Positions 28,069 to 36,429 of a stretch of 36,429 nt of DNA are shown here, piece after piece. Source of the DNA: Candidatus Nanohaloarchaea archaeon (GTDB lineage: Archaea; Nanohalarchaeota; Nanosalinia; Nanosalinales; Nanosalinaceae); the NCBI GenBank assembly GCA_041640075.1, contig JBEQAY010000007.1:1-36429 (forward strand), in the 5' to 3' direction. The number at the start of each line of letters is the position of its first letter. Position 1 is the stretch's first letter. A program made the translations under genes and the position numbers. The notes beneath the pieces are model-generated. The model was not told the origin of the DNA. It worked only from the letters and a program-made list of their open reading frames with translations, and did not search any database.

Positions 28069-28191
28069 ATGGCTCAGAAGGGTGGACGTGTTTGGAGGAT
28101 CTTTGCCCGGTAATCTCCTGAGCTGCAACTATCACAAAATTTCTTCCGTCAAAAACTTCTCATGGCGGTAAAGATCTCCAAGGATTTTTTG
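28069..28191 (+). ncRNA. Candidate small structured RNA / mini-ORF, copy 2 of the motif
   Basis: TTTAAATT box at 28041; motif at 28080-28096; TTGGAGGATCTTTGCC (28092-28107) pairs with GGTAAAGATCTCCAA (28167-28181); ends in a T6 run; ORF MAQKGGRVWRIFAR at 28069-28113. Confidence 0.45.
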
Positions 28192-28321
28192 CAAAACTTT
28201 ATCGAATTCTGCTTACCTGAAAACTCTTTTAGCCGCTGCTATACCTTTCTTTGCCGTTTCCAGAGCCTCTACTTATTTAAACTTTTACTGTGAATGTGGA
28301 AGTGTGGTAACATGAGCACAG

Positions 28322-29854
28322 ATGCAACTTCGGGTGGACGTTTTTGGAATAGAGGACGTTCCACAGCTCTTGGAAGGTGAGGACCTTGAAGAAGTTCACG
28401 CAGCTTTCCAGGAGCAGGTAGAGGAAATAGAGCAAAATCCTTCTAGATTTGAAAATTCTGAGGAACTGAAGGCTGGTTTCGAGGTTGAGTACACTCTTCT
28501 CGATCCGGAAAACGAGCAGGCGTCGGAGGAGACGCGTGACAGGATCAAGGATCAGGAAGAGTTCCTTGAATCCGAGCTCGCAGCTTCTGTGATCGAGGCA
28601 CGGACCGATCCTGTCTCTGAACCTGGTTCTCTGGAGGAGTTCGAGAACGAACTGGATGAGAAAGAGGAGAGGGCGGCGGAGCTTGCTGCCGAGGAAGGCT
28701 TCGATCTTCTCCGGTACGGCACGAACCCTTTCCCGACGGTCGACGAGTTCGAGAGGAGTGGTGATGAAGGCACCCGGTACGAGCTTTTCGCAAACTTCCT
28801 CGACGAGGTCAGGAACGACGGGATGGTGCATGACCGGTTTGGTATCAATGAATCCTTCGATCCAAGAGATATCCACTACTCCGGTATGATCGCGTCGACG
28901 CAGACCAACCTCCAGGCGCAGAACCTGGACGACGCGGTCGAGAAGGCAAACTACGGCTACATGTTCGCTCCGTTCGCGGAGGCTCTCGGAGCCAACGCGA
29001 GAATCATGGAGCAGAAGGACACCGGCATCTCAGACGTGAGGATGCCTGTCTGGGAGGACTCCGCGGATTTCCGCGAGGACGGCGAGTTCGGACAGGAGGC
29101 ACCAAGAGCAGGAAAGATGGATTCCTATATAGGAAAAGAAGACTGCCATGATATCGAGGATTACTTCGAGAGGCTCGACCCGATATACGTTGCAGCGGAT
29201 CCTGACTCCGCGCTGGATCAGGCCATCGACAACAACTGGAAGGATATCAACATCAAGTTCACTGAAGACGCGGCTCTGGTAGAACTGCGGCCGTTCTCCA
29301 TACAGCCGTCAGTCCAGGAGGATCTTGCGCTTTCAGCTTTCATGATGGGACGTATAGCGTACGCACAGGACGAGGAGATACATGGTCCGGGAGGCGAGGA
29401 TCTTCTGGATATCGAGAAAGTGAACAGGAACCGGTATACGGCGATGCACAACGGACTTGATGAGAAGCTGTACGACAGCTCCGGAAACCAGCGAGAGGCT
29501 ACTGAAGTCATTCAGGATGAGCTGGAGTACGCCCGTCAGGGTCTCGACAGGCTCGGCGTTGATTATGACAGCTTTGTCCAGGGAGATCAGCAGCAGGACT
29601 TGTTCGACACTGCGCTTGGGGAAAGAATAGAAACAGTAACTGCTCCTGGAGACCGGTCCGCGGAGAGGTACAACGAGCTGCGTCAGGAGATGCCGGACGA
29701 AGAGGCTCTCGCAGAGGTCATGCAGGACTACAAAGTCAGTGACCGGAATACTGGTTCAAGCATGGGCTGCAATGCCCAGATAGGAGTCTATGAAGATCCT
29801 GACGAAGACGATGATGATGACTACTCCGGCTTCGAGGACTTCGTCGGCCCATGA
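28322..29854 (+). CDS. GCS2-like carboxylate-amine ligase, paralog 2, with acidic C-terminal extension
   Basis: KAGFEVEY, VIEARTDP, GTNP, STQTN, KDTGISDVRMPVWE, VELRPF, NRYTAMHNGL; clearly homologous to 25932-27293; start uncertain. Confidence 0.82.
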   Translation: MQLRVDVFGIEDVPQLLEGEDLEEVHAAFQEQVEEIEQNPSRFENSEELKAGFEVEYTLLDPENEQASEETRDRIKDQEEFLESELAASVIEARTDPVSEPGSLEEFENELDEKEERAAELAAEEGFDLLRYGTNPFPTVDEFERSGDEGTRYELFANFLDEVRNDGMVHDRFGINESFDPRDIHYSGMIASTQTNLQAQNLDDAVEKANYGYMFAPFAEALGANARIMEQKDTGISDVRMPVWEDSADFREDGEFGQEAPRAGKMDSYIGKEDCHDIEDYFERLDPIYVAADPDSALDQAIDNNWKDINIKFTEDAALVELRPFSIQPSVQEDLALSAFMMGRIAYAQDEEIHGPGGEDLLDIEKVNRNRYTAMHNGLDEKLYDSSGNQREATEVIQDELEYARQGLDRLGVDYDSFVQGDQQQDLFDTALGERIETVTAPGDRSAERYNELRQEMPDEEALAEVMQDYKVSDRNTGSSMGCNAQIGVYEDPDEDDDDDYSGFEDFVGP

Positions 29855-29929
29855 TCTCTTTCCCTTCTCTTTTCTTTCGGAAAGATTCAAAACAACTTAC
29901 CCGGAAAACACGGATAGAGGAGACAAAGA

Positions 29930-31087
29930 ATGCCAGATGAAGAATTCGATGTAACACCTTTTGATGTTGAAGGACAGGTCGACTACGATCGTTTGATTGA
30001 CAAGTTTGGAACAGAGGAAATCGATGAAGAGCTCAAACAGAGATTCTTTGATCTGGCAGGAGATGAAAACCTTTACGTCAAGAGAGACTTCATCTACTCA
30101 CACAGAGGCCTAGAAGAGGCACTGGATGAGTACGAGGACGGAGATGGATTCTTCCTGTACACCGGTATTGGACCCTCAGGGAAGATGCATATCGGCCACA
30201 TAATCAGCTTCTACTTCACAAAATGGCTTCAAGACAAATTCGATGTAAATGTATACATACAGGTCACAGACGACGAGAAATACTGGGACAGAGATGTAAC
30301 AGACGAAGAAATAGACAAATACGCAGAAGACAACATACAGGAAATCGCAGCAGTCGGCTTCGACCCGGACAAAACCTTCATCTTCCGGAACCGAGAATAC
30401 ATGGGCAACATGTACGACGGAATCGTCAAAATAGCCGAAAAAATAAACAACTCACAGGCAAGAGGCGTATTCGGGTTCGAAGGCTCAACCAACATCGGTA
30501 TGAACTTCTGGCCTGCGATCCAGAACATACCAACCTTTTTCGAAGACAAGAGATGTGTCATCCCGGCAGCGATAGATCAGGATCCGTACTGGAGGATCCA
30601 GAGAGATATAGCTGAAAAATTCGGTCACAAGAAGACAGCGGCGATTCACTCAAAGTTTATCCCTGCGTTGACAGGTCCGGAGGGAAAGATGAGCTCAAGC
30701 AAGCCGAAAACAGCCATAATGCTGGACGACAGTCCTGAAGAGGTCGAGGAGAAGGTGAAGAAACACGCTTACTCTGGTGGAGGCGATACGCTTGAAGAGC
30801 ACCGTGAGGAAGGCGCTGATCTTTCCGTGGATACATCTTTCCAGTGGCTTCGTAACCTGTTGATGGAGGACGATGAGAGGATCCGGGAGATAGCTAAGAA
30901 GTACTCTTCCGGGGAGATGATGACTGGCGAGATCAAAGAAATCCTGATTGAGGAACTGAATGAGTTCCTGCAGGAGCACCAGGAGAGAAAAGAGAACGCT
31001 GATGAACTGGTTCAGCAGATGATGTACGATGGAGAGCTTGCACAGGAGATGTGGGATCGGAATATTGATCTGGAGCTGCAGAGGTAG
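29930..31087 (+). CDS. trpS: Tryptophanyl-tRNA synthetase
   Basis: LYTGIGPS, HIGH, TDDEKY, IDQDPYW, KMSSS. Confidence 0.97.
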   Translation: MPDEEFDVTPFDVEGQVDYDRLIDKFGTEEIDEELKQRFFDLAGDENLYVKRDFIYSHRGLEEALDEYEDGDGFFLYTGIGPSGKMHIGHIISFYFTKWLQDKFDVNVYIQVTDDEKYWDRDVTDEEIDKYAEDNIQEIAAVGFDPDKTFIFRNREYMGNMYDGIVKIAEKINNSQARGVFGFEGSTNIGMNFWPAIQNIPTFFEDKRCVIPAAIDQDPYWRIQRDIAEKFGHKKTAAIHSKFIPALTGPEGKMSSSKPKTAIMLDDSPEEVEEKVKKHAYSGGGDTLEEHREEGADLSVDTSFQWLRNLLMEDDERIREIAKKYSSGEMMTGEIKEILIEELNEFLQEHQERKENADELVQQMMYDGELAQEMWDRNIDLELQR

Positions 31088-31128
31088 GTCGGAAACTGTT
31101 TTTAACCCGGCTTCCGCATTTTTAGTTG

Positions 31129-31824
31129 ATGCTTGAGAGAATTTTTCTTCTGGAGGAAGAGAACCAGAACTTCTACGCCTTGGCGGTCCTCGGGTTAGTT
31201 GCAGGGTTTCTGGGCTATGGCGTGGCCCGGGTTATCTTTCCAAGTCAGGCTGACATTCTCTCAGTAGTTTTTGCGGCGGTGCCGTTGATTTATTCCCTTA
31301 CCGAGAAGTTTCTGGACGACGAATCTGAGAGACTTCCTCATCTTCCCGAGGTTGAGATGTATCTTTCTATCTTCGCTGGACTTGCTGTAGGTTTTGGCGT
31401 CCTGGCACAGAATTTCCCTGGGTCTTTTGATGCCCAGAGAGCTATTTTAGGAGTTTCGGGTGCTGCAGTTCAGGGAGGGAGCTTCGAGATGATTCTTTCA
31501 AACAATTTAACAGTTTTCTCGTCCATCTTTCTGGTTTCTCTGCTTGTCGGTTCTGCGGGTGCATTTATCCTTGCATGGAATGCCTCGGTTTTCGGTGTCT
31601 TCATGGCAGAAATCTTTTCATCTGAGCCTCTGCTGACTATCGCGTATCTCCCACATTCACTTTTCGAGATGTCCGGGTTTGTGATCGGAGGTATCGCAGG
31701 TAGCCTTATCTCGGCAGCGGTTTACAGGGAGCACTTTGACAGGGAGACCTGGAAGGACTACATAAAGTTGGTTCTCACAGGTCTCGGCTGCATACTGATA
31801 GGCGCGTTCCTGGAGACTGCTTAG
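31129..31824 (+). CDS. SpoIIM-family membrane protein
   Basis: ILSNN, LAWNASVFG, LPHSLFEM motifs; multi-TM. Confidence 0.75.
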   Translation: MLERIFLLEEENQNFYALAVLGLVAGFLGYGVARVIFPSQADILSVVFAAVPLIYSLTEKFLDDESERLPHLPEVEMYLSIFAGLAVGFGVLAQNFPGSFDAQRAILGVSGAAVQGGSFEMILSNNLTVFSSIFLVSLLVGSAGAFILAWNASVFGVFMAEIFSSEPLLTIAYLPHSLFEMSGFVIGGIAGSLISAAVYREHFDRETWKDYIKLVLTGLGCILIGAFLETA

Positions 31825-31855
31825 CTATAAAACGTTTCCACCCTTTTAGATTACC

Positions 31856-33262
31856 GTGAAACTGTCACCTCAGGCATGTCAGATACTTGAAGAACTGAAG
31901 AACAGGGAAGAAGCAACTATCAGTGAACTGGCAGAGGAAGGATACGACCAATCAATGGTCAACAGAGCGGCACTTGAACTAGAGAAAAAAGACCTGCTTG
32001 ACGTACACGAAGAACAGAAGGAAATCTACAGAGTCACGGAAACCGGTATGGAGGTAATAGAAACCGGTTCGCCAGAGTACAGGCTGGTAGAAAAAGTAAA
32101 GAATGAACCCAAGAGGATGCAGCAGCTTCAGGATATCAACCTGGATGTAGCGCTGGGGAAAGCACGTCAGAAGAACTGGATAACTATTGAAGATGGAGAG
32201 GTTCGGCTTGTAGAGGACTTTGAAGATATAGAGGACTCGGTGGCTGAAAAACTTGGAAAAGAAGATTTTTCTGAAGACCTTATAGAGCGAGGTCTTGTCG
32301 AAGCTGACGAAAGGAAAGTTCGAACCCTTAAATTATCTGATAAAGGAAAGGAACTGGATTTAAGCTCTGTTGAAGAAGAATTTGATGTCGAGGCTCCGGC
32401 AGAAACACCTAGAACAGGAAAAAAGCATTACTACAGAAATATTCTGCAGTACGCACGTCAGACCTGGATGGAGATGGGTTTCCAGGAGATGGGCGGCGAC
32501 TACATCGTCCCAAGCTTCCTGAACTTCGACGCACTCTATACCCCACAGGACCATCCTGCACGGGAGATGCATGACACATTCTTCGTTGAAAACCCTGAAA
32601 CAGCATACCTGGAGGAGTACGGCGAAAAAGTCGAGCACGTAAAGGAGACTCATGAAAACGGCTGGACCACAGGCTCTAAGGGCTACGGAGGAGAATGGAG
32701 CGAAGAAGAAGCAGAGAAAAATGTGGTAAGAACACATACAACAGCGATTTCAGCGCGCAGACTACATGATATAGTTATAAATGAGGAAGAACTACCGAAG
32801 AAGTTCTTTATCGTCGGTAGAAACTTCAGGAACGAGACAGTTGACAGAACACATCTTGCGGAGTTCTACCAGACTGATGGGATCGTCGTTGGAAAGGATC
32901 TCAACTTTGCGAACCTGAAAGGATACATCAGCGAATTTTTCGAGAAAATGGGGTACGAAAAGTTCAGATTGATCCCAAGTTATTATCCTTACACCGAGAT
33001 GAGTGTAGAGGTCCAGGTCTGGGACGAGGAAGACGAGGAATGGCTTGGAATGGGAGGAGCAGGAATGTTCCGGCCGGAAGTTGTCAAACCGATGCTTGGA
33101 TTCGAGGCAAAAGTCTTAGCATGGGGATTAGGTATCCCGAGGATCGCTTTCATGGCTGCAGAGCTTGAAGATATCAGAGAGCTCTACAGGAACGATATTG
33201 AAATCATAAACGAGACGCCGGTCTGGAGACCGGACTGGAACAACACAGGAGGAGAAAAATAA
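31856..33262 (+). CDS. pheS: Phenylalanyl-tRNA synthetase alpha subunit
   Basis: NFDALYTPQDHPAREMHDTF, RTHTT, FRNETVDRTHLAEF, YYPYTE, GMFRPE. Confidence 0.97.
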   Translation: MKLSPQACQILEELKNREEATISELAEEGYDQSMVNRAALELEKKDLLDVHEEQKEIYRVTETGMEVIETGSPEYRLVEKVKNEPKRMQQLQDINLDVALGKARQKNWITIEDGEVRLVEDFEDIEDSVAEKLGKEDFSEDLIERGLVEADERKVRTLKLSDKGKELDLSSVEEEFDVEAPAETPRTGKKHYYRNILQYARQTWMEMGFQEMGGDYIVPSFLNFDALYTPQDHPAREMHDTFFVENPETAYLEEYGEKVEHVKETHENGWTTGSKGYGGEWSEEEAEKNVVRTHTTAISARRLHDIVINEEELPKKFFIVGRNFRNETVDRTHLAEFYQTDGIVVGKDLNFANLKGYISEFFEKMGYEKFRLIPSYYPYTEMSVEVQVWDEEDEEWLGMGGAGMFRPEVVKPMLGFEAKVLAWGLGIPRIAFMAAELEDIRELYRNDIEIINETPVWRPDWNNTGGEK

Positions 33263-33311
33263 TGACGAAAACGAGTTTTCTGGATGACCGAACCACTGAG
33301 GTGGTCCGGTA

Positions 33312-34961
33312 ATGGCAACAATAGAGATTGACAAGAGAGAATTCACAGACTTGGTTGGAAAGGAGTTTGAAGATGAAAAATTAATCGAAGAGGCGTCCTT
33401 CCTGGGAGTTCACTGGCATCACATCGATGGAAACGTCTGTGAAGTCGAGAACTACCCTAACAGACCGGATTGCCTGTCTGTTGAAGGCATAGCACGAGCC
33501 TACAGAGGATTCTTTGATGTAGAAACAGGTAGAACAGAATACAAGGTTGAAAAAGGAGATGTAGAAGTTGAAGTAGATGAATCTGTTGAAGAAGTCCGTC
33601 CTCATATCGGGGGCGCAGTAGTTAGGGATCTAGAGCTTTCAAGGAAGGTGATCAATGGTCTTATCCAGGTGCAGGAGAAGATGCATGAAACGATGGGCCG
33701 CAGGCGGGATAAACTTGCTATAGGACTTCATGACTTATCTACAGTTGAAGCACCGTTCACTTACAAGGCTGTGGAGCCAGAGAAAGTCAGCTTCAAACCT
33801 CTGGAGTACGATAAACACATGCAGCTGGGAGAGATCCTGGATGAACACGAGAAAGGTAGAGAATACGCTTGGATACTTGAGGACGAGGAAAGATATCCTG
33901 TGATTGAGGACGCGGAAGGAAAGATACTAAGTTTCCCTCCTATCATAAACAACCAGTTGACAGAGGTTGAGACAGGCACAGAGGATATTTTCGTCGATGT
34001 AACAGGAAAAGATAAGGCTACAGTTCTCAAGGCATTGAATATTCTGACTACAGCCTTGGCTGAGAGAGGAGGCGAAGTTGAAACCGTAAACGTCGACGGT
34101 GAGGAGATGCCAGATCTTTCTCCAGAGAAAATGGTTCTTGATCCAGAGTATTTCAGAGAAGTTTCCGGCCTGGATATCGAGGATTCAGAGATTGTTGAGA
34201 GGCTGGAGATGATGAAGTATGGGGCCAGGAAGAAAAAAGGAGAGATCAAGGTAGAAGTGCCGTGCTACAGGAACGACGTCATGCACCAGTACGATCTCAT
34301 AGAGGATGTCATAATCGCGCACAGGTACAGAAATATCGATCCTGAGCTTCCACAGGTCGATCAGATCGGCAGTCAGAAAGATATAGAGGACACGGCACAG
34401 GTAGTCCGTGATGTATTAAGCGAAGCTGGAGCTATGGAAGCCATGACGTATGTACACGCCAACAGGGAAGATCTGACGGATAAGATTGGTGTGGAAAGTG
34501 AAGAGTTTGTCAAGATAGATAATCCGCTTTCCGATGAATACGGAGCCTTGAGAAATCTGATGACGCCTTCCCTGCTCCAGGTACTGAAGCAGAACAAGCA
34601 TCACGGTTACCCGCAAAAGTTCTTCGAGACAGGGAATGTCGCAGTGCTTGATGATTCCGGTACAGGAGCTTCAAACAGAAAGAAAGTAGCTTTCATTCAG
34701 ACAGGAGAGGAAAGAGACTTCACGGATGCGAGAAAAGTTCTCCAGGTTCTTGGAAGGGATCTTGGAATAGATCTGGAGGTTAAGGAATCTGTAAAGCCTT
34801 TCTTCCAGGACACAAGATCCGGAAAAGTCCTGATTGGAGTAGAGAAAGTTGGTTTCGTCGGACAGTTCTCAGAGGAAATTCTCGATAACTGGGAGATAGA
34901 GAAACCTACAGCAGGTTTCGAGATTGACCTGGAGAAGGTTCAGAGAAAACTGGAAGAATAA
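33312..34961 (+). CDS. pheT: Phenylalanyl-tRNA synthetase beta subunit
   Basis: NRPDCLSVEGIARA, SFPPIIN, YRNDVMHQYDLIEDV, NPLS; SD GAGGTG upstream. Confidence 0.97.
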   Translation: MATIEIDKREFTDLVGKEFEDEKLIEEASFLGVHWHHIDGNVCEVENYPNRPDCLSVEGIARAYRGFFDVETGRTEYKVEKGDVEVEVDESVEEVRPHIGGAVVRDLELSRKVINGLIQVQEKMHETMGRRRDKLAIGLHDLSTVEAPFTYKAVEPEKVSFKPLEYDKHMQLGEILDEHEKGREYAWILEDEERYPVIEDAEGKILSFPPIINNQLTEVETGTEDIFVDVTGKDKATVLKALNILTTALAERGGEVETVNVDGEEMPDLSPEKMVLDPEYFREVSGLDIEDSEIVERLEMMKYGARKKKGEIKVEVPCYRNDVMHQYDLIEDVIIAHRYRNIDPELPQVDQIGSQKDIEDTAQVVRDVLSEAGAMEAMTYVHANREDLTDKIGVESEEFVKIDNPLSDEYGALRNLMTPSLLQVLKQNKHHGYPQKFFETGNVAVLDDSGTGASNRKKVAFIQTGEERDFTDARKVLQVLGRDLGIDLEVKESVKPFFQDTRSGKVLIGVEKVGFVGQFSEEILDNWEIEKPTAGFEIDLEKVQRKLEE

Positions 34962-34981
34962 GTAGAAAAAGGAGAGGTGAC

Positions 34982-35197
34982 TTAATCTTCTTCGTCGGTT
35001 TCTTCCTCTTCCTTGACCTCACTTTCTGGCGGTATTACAAGCCATGCTGCAAGGTAAAGTACCGGCGTTACTCCGCTGAGTATCAGCAGGATTGCAGCAA
35101 GTCTGACGATGGAGGGATCGAGATCGTATATCTCAGCCAGTCCTCCGCAGACTCCTCCCAGTATCCTGTCCTCTTCGGATCTGTAGAGCCGTGTCAT
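34982..35197 (-). CDS. PspC-domain protein
   Basis: RLYRSEEDRILGGVCGGLAE...YLAAWLVIP; ATG at 35197. Confidence 0.9.
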   Translation of the reverse strand: MTRLYRSEEDRILGGVCGGLAEIYDLDPSIVRLAAILLILSGVTPVLYLAAWLVIPPESEVKEEEETDEED

Positions 35198-35204
35198 ACC
35201 TTTT

Positions 35205-35693
35205 TTATCGGACTTCTTCCTCAAATGTGTTTTGGTAGTCGTGAAGCTCGTCCTCGCTGAACCAGATACCTACTTCTTTCTCTGCTTCTTCCTCTGTCGC
35301 TGAAGCGTGAATGATGTTTCTGTAGAGTGTTCCTGCATCGTCTGCATGCTCCATTGACATGTGAGCAAACTTCCCTCTGATAGTTGCTGGGTGAGCTTCT
35401 GATGCATCAGTGTCTCCGATTATTTTTCTCATGTTTTCTACTGCGTGAACGCCCTGTACTACGATTGCTACGATAGGACCCTCTTTCATGTACTCTGCAA
35501 GGCCGTCGTAGAAAGGTTTATCTACATGTTCCTCGTAATGCTGTTCAAGAAGCTGATCTGTGGCTTTTACCATTTTCAGTCCCATGATCTTCATTCCTGT
35601 GTCTTCAATTGTGGAGATAATTTCTCCTGTGATCCCTCTTTTAACTGCATCCGGTTTTAGAGCAACGAAAGTTCTGTTTACGTGTTCTGACAT
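35205..35693 (-). CDS. ndk: Nucleoside diphosphate kinase
   Basis: RTFVALKPDAV, HYEEH, PATIRG, NIIHAS; SD GGAGGT upstream. Confidence 0.96.
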   Translation of the reverse strand: MSEHVNRTFVALKPDAVKRGITGEIISTIEDTGMKIMGLKMVKATDQLLEQHYEEHVDKPFYDGLAEYMKEGPIVAIVVQGVHAVENMRKIIGDTDASEAHPATIRGKFAHMSMEHADDAGTLYRNIIHASATEEEAEKEVGIWFSEDELHDYQNTFEEEVR

Positions 35694-35767
35694 AATTTAT
35701 AACCTCCTGTACAGGGTTTCTCTATAGAATTTTTTATAAGTGCAGATGATCTGGGTGCAGGAAAATT

Positions 35768-36229
35768 CTACTCTGTTGCTGTTAGGTTCCTGTAGAATGT
35801 GTTTTCGCAAGGCAGTAGCTGGACTTCGTCCATTGAACGCCATTCGTCGCCTGTCCTGTTCTCGTACTCTGCCTGTGAGGTCCAGTCGTACCCTGTAACG
35901 TTTTCTGCTTCACAGATGTTGTAGGCCTGAGCCATTAGTTCTGACTCTGCACGTCTGTAGTAGTTAGGTTCGCCAGGCTCTGCCTCTGTGTAGTTTGCGT
36001 AGTTGTATGTCGTGTGATCCTGTCGTTCAAGTCCCAGGCAGACTCCAGCATCAATTCCCAGACATTCTGTCTCGATCTCCACAAGTCCTACACGCATCGG
36101 TTCTTCAGGCGTCATCATGTTGTGTGCTCCTGCTGAGACACCGATAATCAGGATTGAAGCGGCGACTAGAACAAGATTCCTGCCGAGTTCGGAGTCGAGT
36201 CTTTCTGGTAGAAATTTTTCCAGATCCAT
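35768..36229 (-). CDS. Hypothetical membrane-anchored exported protein
   Basis: Single N-terminal TM followed by an acidic domain with 4 Cys; ATG at 36229. Confidence 0.7.
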   Translation of the reverse strand: MDLEKFLPERLDSELGRNLVLVAASILIIGVSAGAHNMMTPEEPMRVGLVEIETECLGIDAGVCLGLERQDHTTYNYANYTEAEPGEPNYYRRAESELMAQAYNICEAENVTGYDWTSQAEYENRTGDEWRSMDEVQLLPCENTFYRNLTATE

Positions 36230-36339
36230 GTTAATCTTGCAGGGCTTCAACTTCTTAAATCCACTCCTGTCAATGAAAGTGAATTTCTTCCTGGTCGAAT
36301 GAAATTACAAAAAGCCATCCTTCACCAACTTATGTAGAG

Positions 36340-36429
36340 ATGCAACTGGGAACGATAGAGGGAGAAGTTAACACCTCAAACTTCAAATTCAGGGCAACAG
36401 AGGAAGTAGGAAAATTTGACTTCGTTTCA
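36340..36429 (+). CDS. Start of a gene cut off by the window edge; N-terminus resembles the HAS barrel of HerA-type ATPases
   Basis: MQLGTIEGEVNTSNFKFRATEEVGKFDFVS, open to the edge; only 30 residues visible. Confidence 0.45.
   Translation, partial: MQLGTIEGEVNTSNFKFRATEEVGKFDFVS

Noticed and set aside
24225..28348. Repeated motif as a CRISPR repeat or IS/MITE end
   Set aside because: Copies are dispersed on both strands without regular spacers; no cas or transposase gene and no target-site duplication seen
33262..33299. ATGACGA...CTGA as a box C/D sRNA
   Set aside because: Imperfect internal boxes and too little room for a second guide; better explained by the bridge ORF and SD hairpin
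14633..34961. Concentration of five aminoacyl-tRNA synthetase genes
   Set aside because: Not co-oriented or co-transcribed except pheST; expected in a small genome dominated by informational genes

Overview
Housekeeping-rich chromosomal segment of a small-genome, extremely halophilic archaeon, most consistent with Nanohaloarchaeota (DPANN). Evidence: very acidic proteins, moderate GC, dense packing, TATA boxes about 25 nt before many start codons, archaeal-type aminoacyl-tRNA synthetases and a BHB tRNA intron. It encodes aspS, glyS, trpS, pheS/pheT, tmk, a dUTPase-like protein, ndk, pgk, rnhB, endA, rqcH, an unusually short Smc with scpA/scpB, tRNA-Leu(TAA) with a 121-nt structured intron and initiator tRNA-Met. 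The most unusual region is about 24.1-29.9 kb. Two paralogous GCS2/glutamine-synthetase-fold carboxylate-amine ligases flank an AstE/AspA (M14) deacylase. Around them are three copies of a GGGTGGACG(T/G)nGGA motif, each downstream of a TATA box, inside a short ORF reading M..GGR and placed as an unpaired segment in a predicted stem, plus a candidate ~210-nt structured ncRNA. Other oddities are an EndA with the catalytic Lys apparently replaced by Ala, two 16-codon mini-ORFs bridging operon genes, a HypA-like protein lacking the Ni motif and a possible ART-fold protein. All structures and alignments were made by eye.
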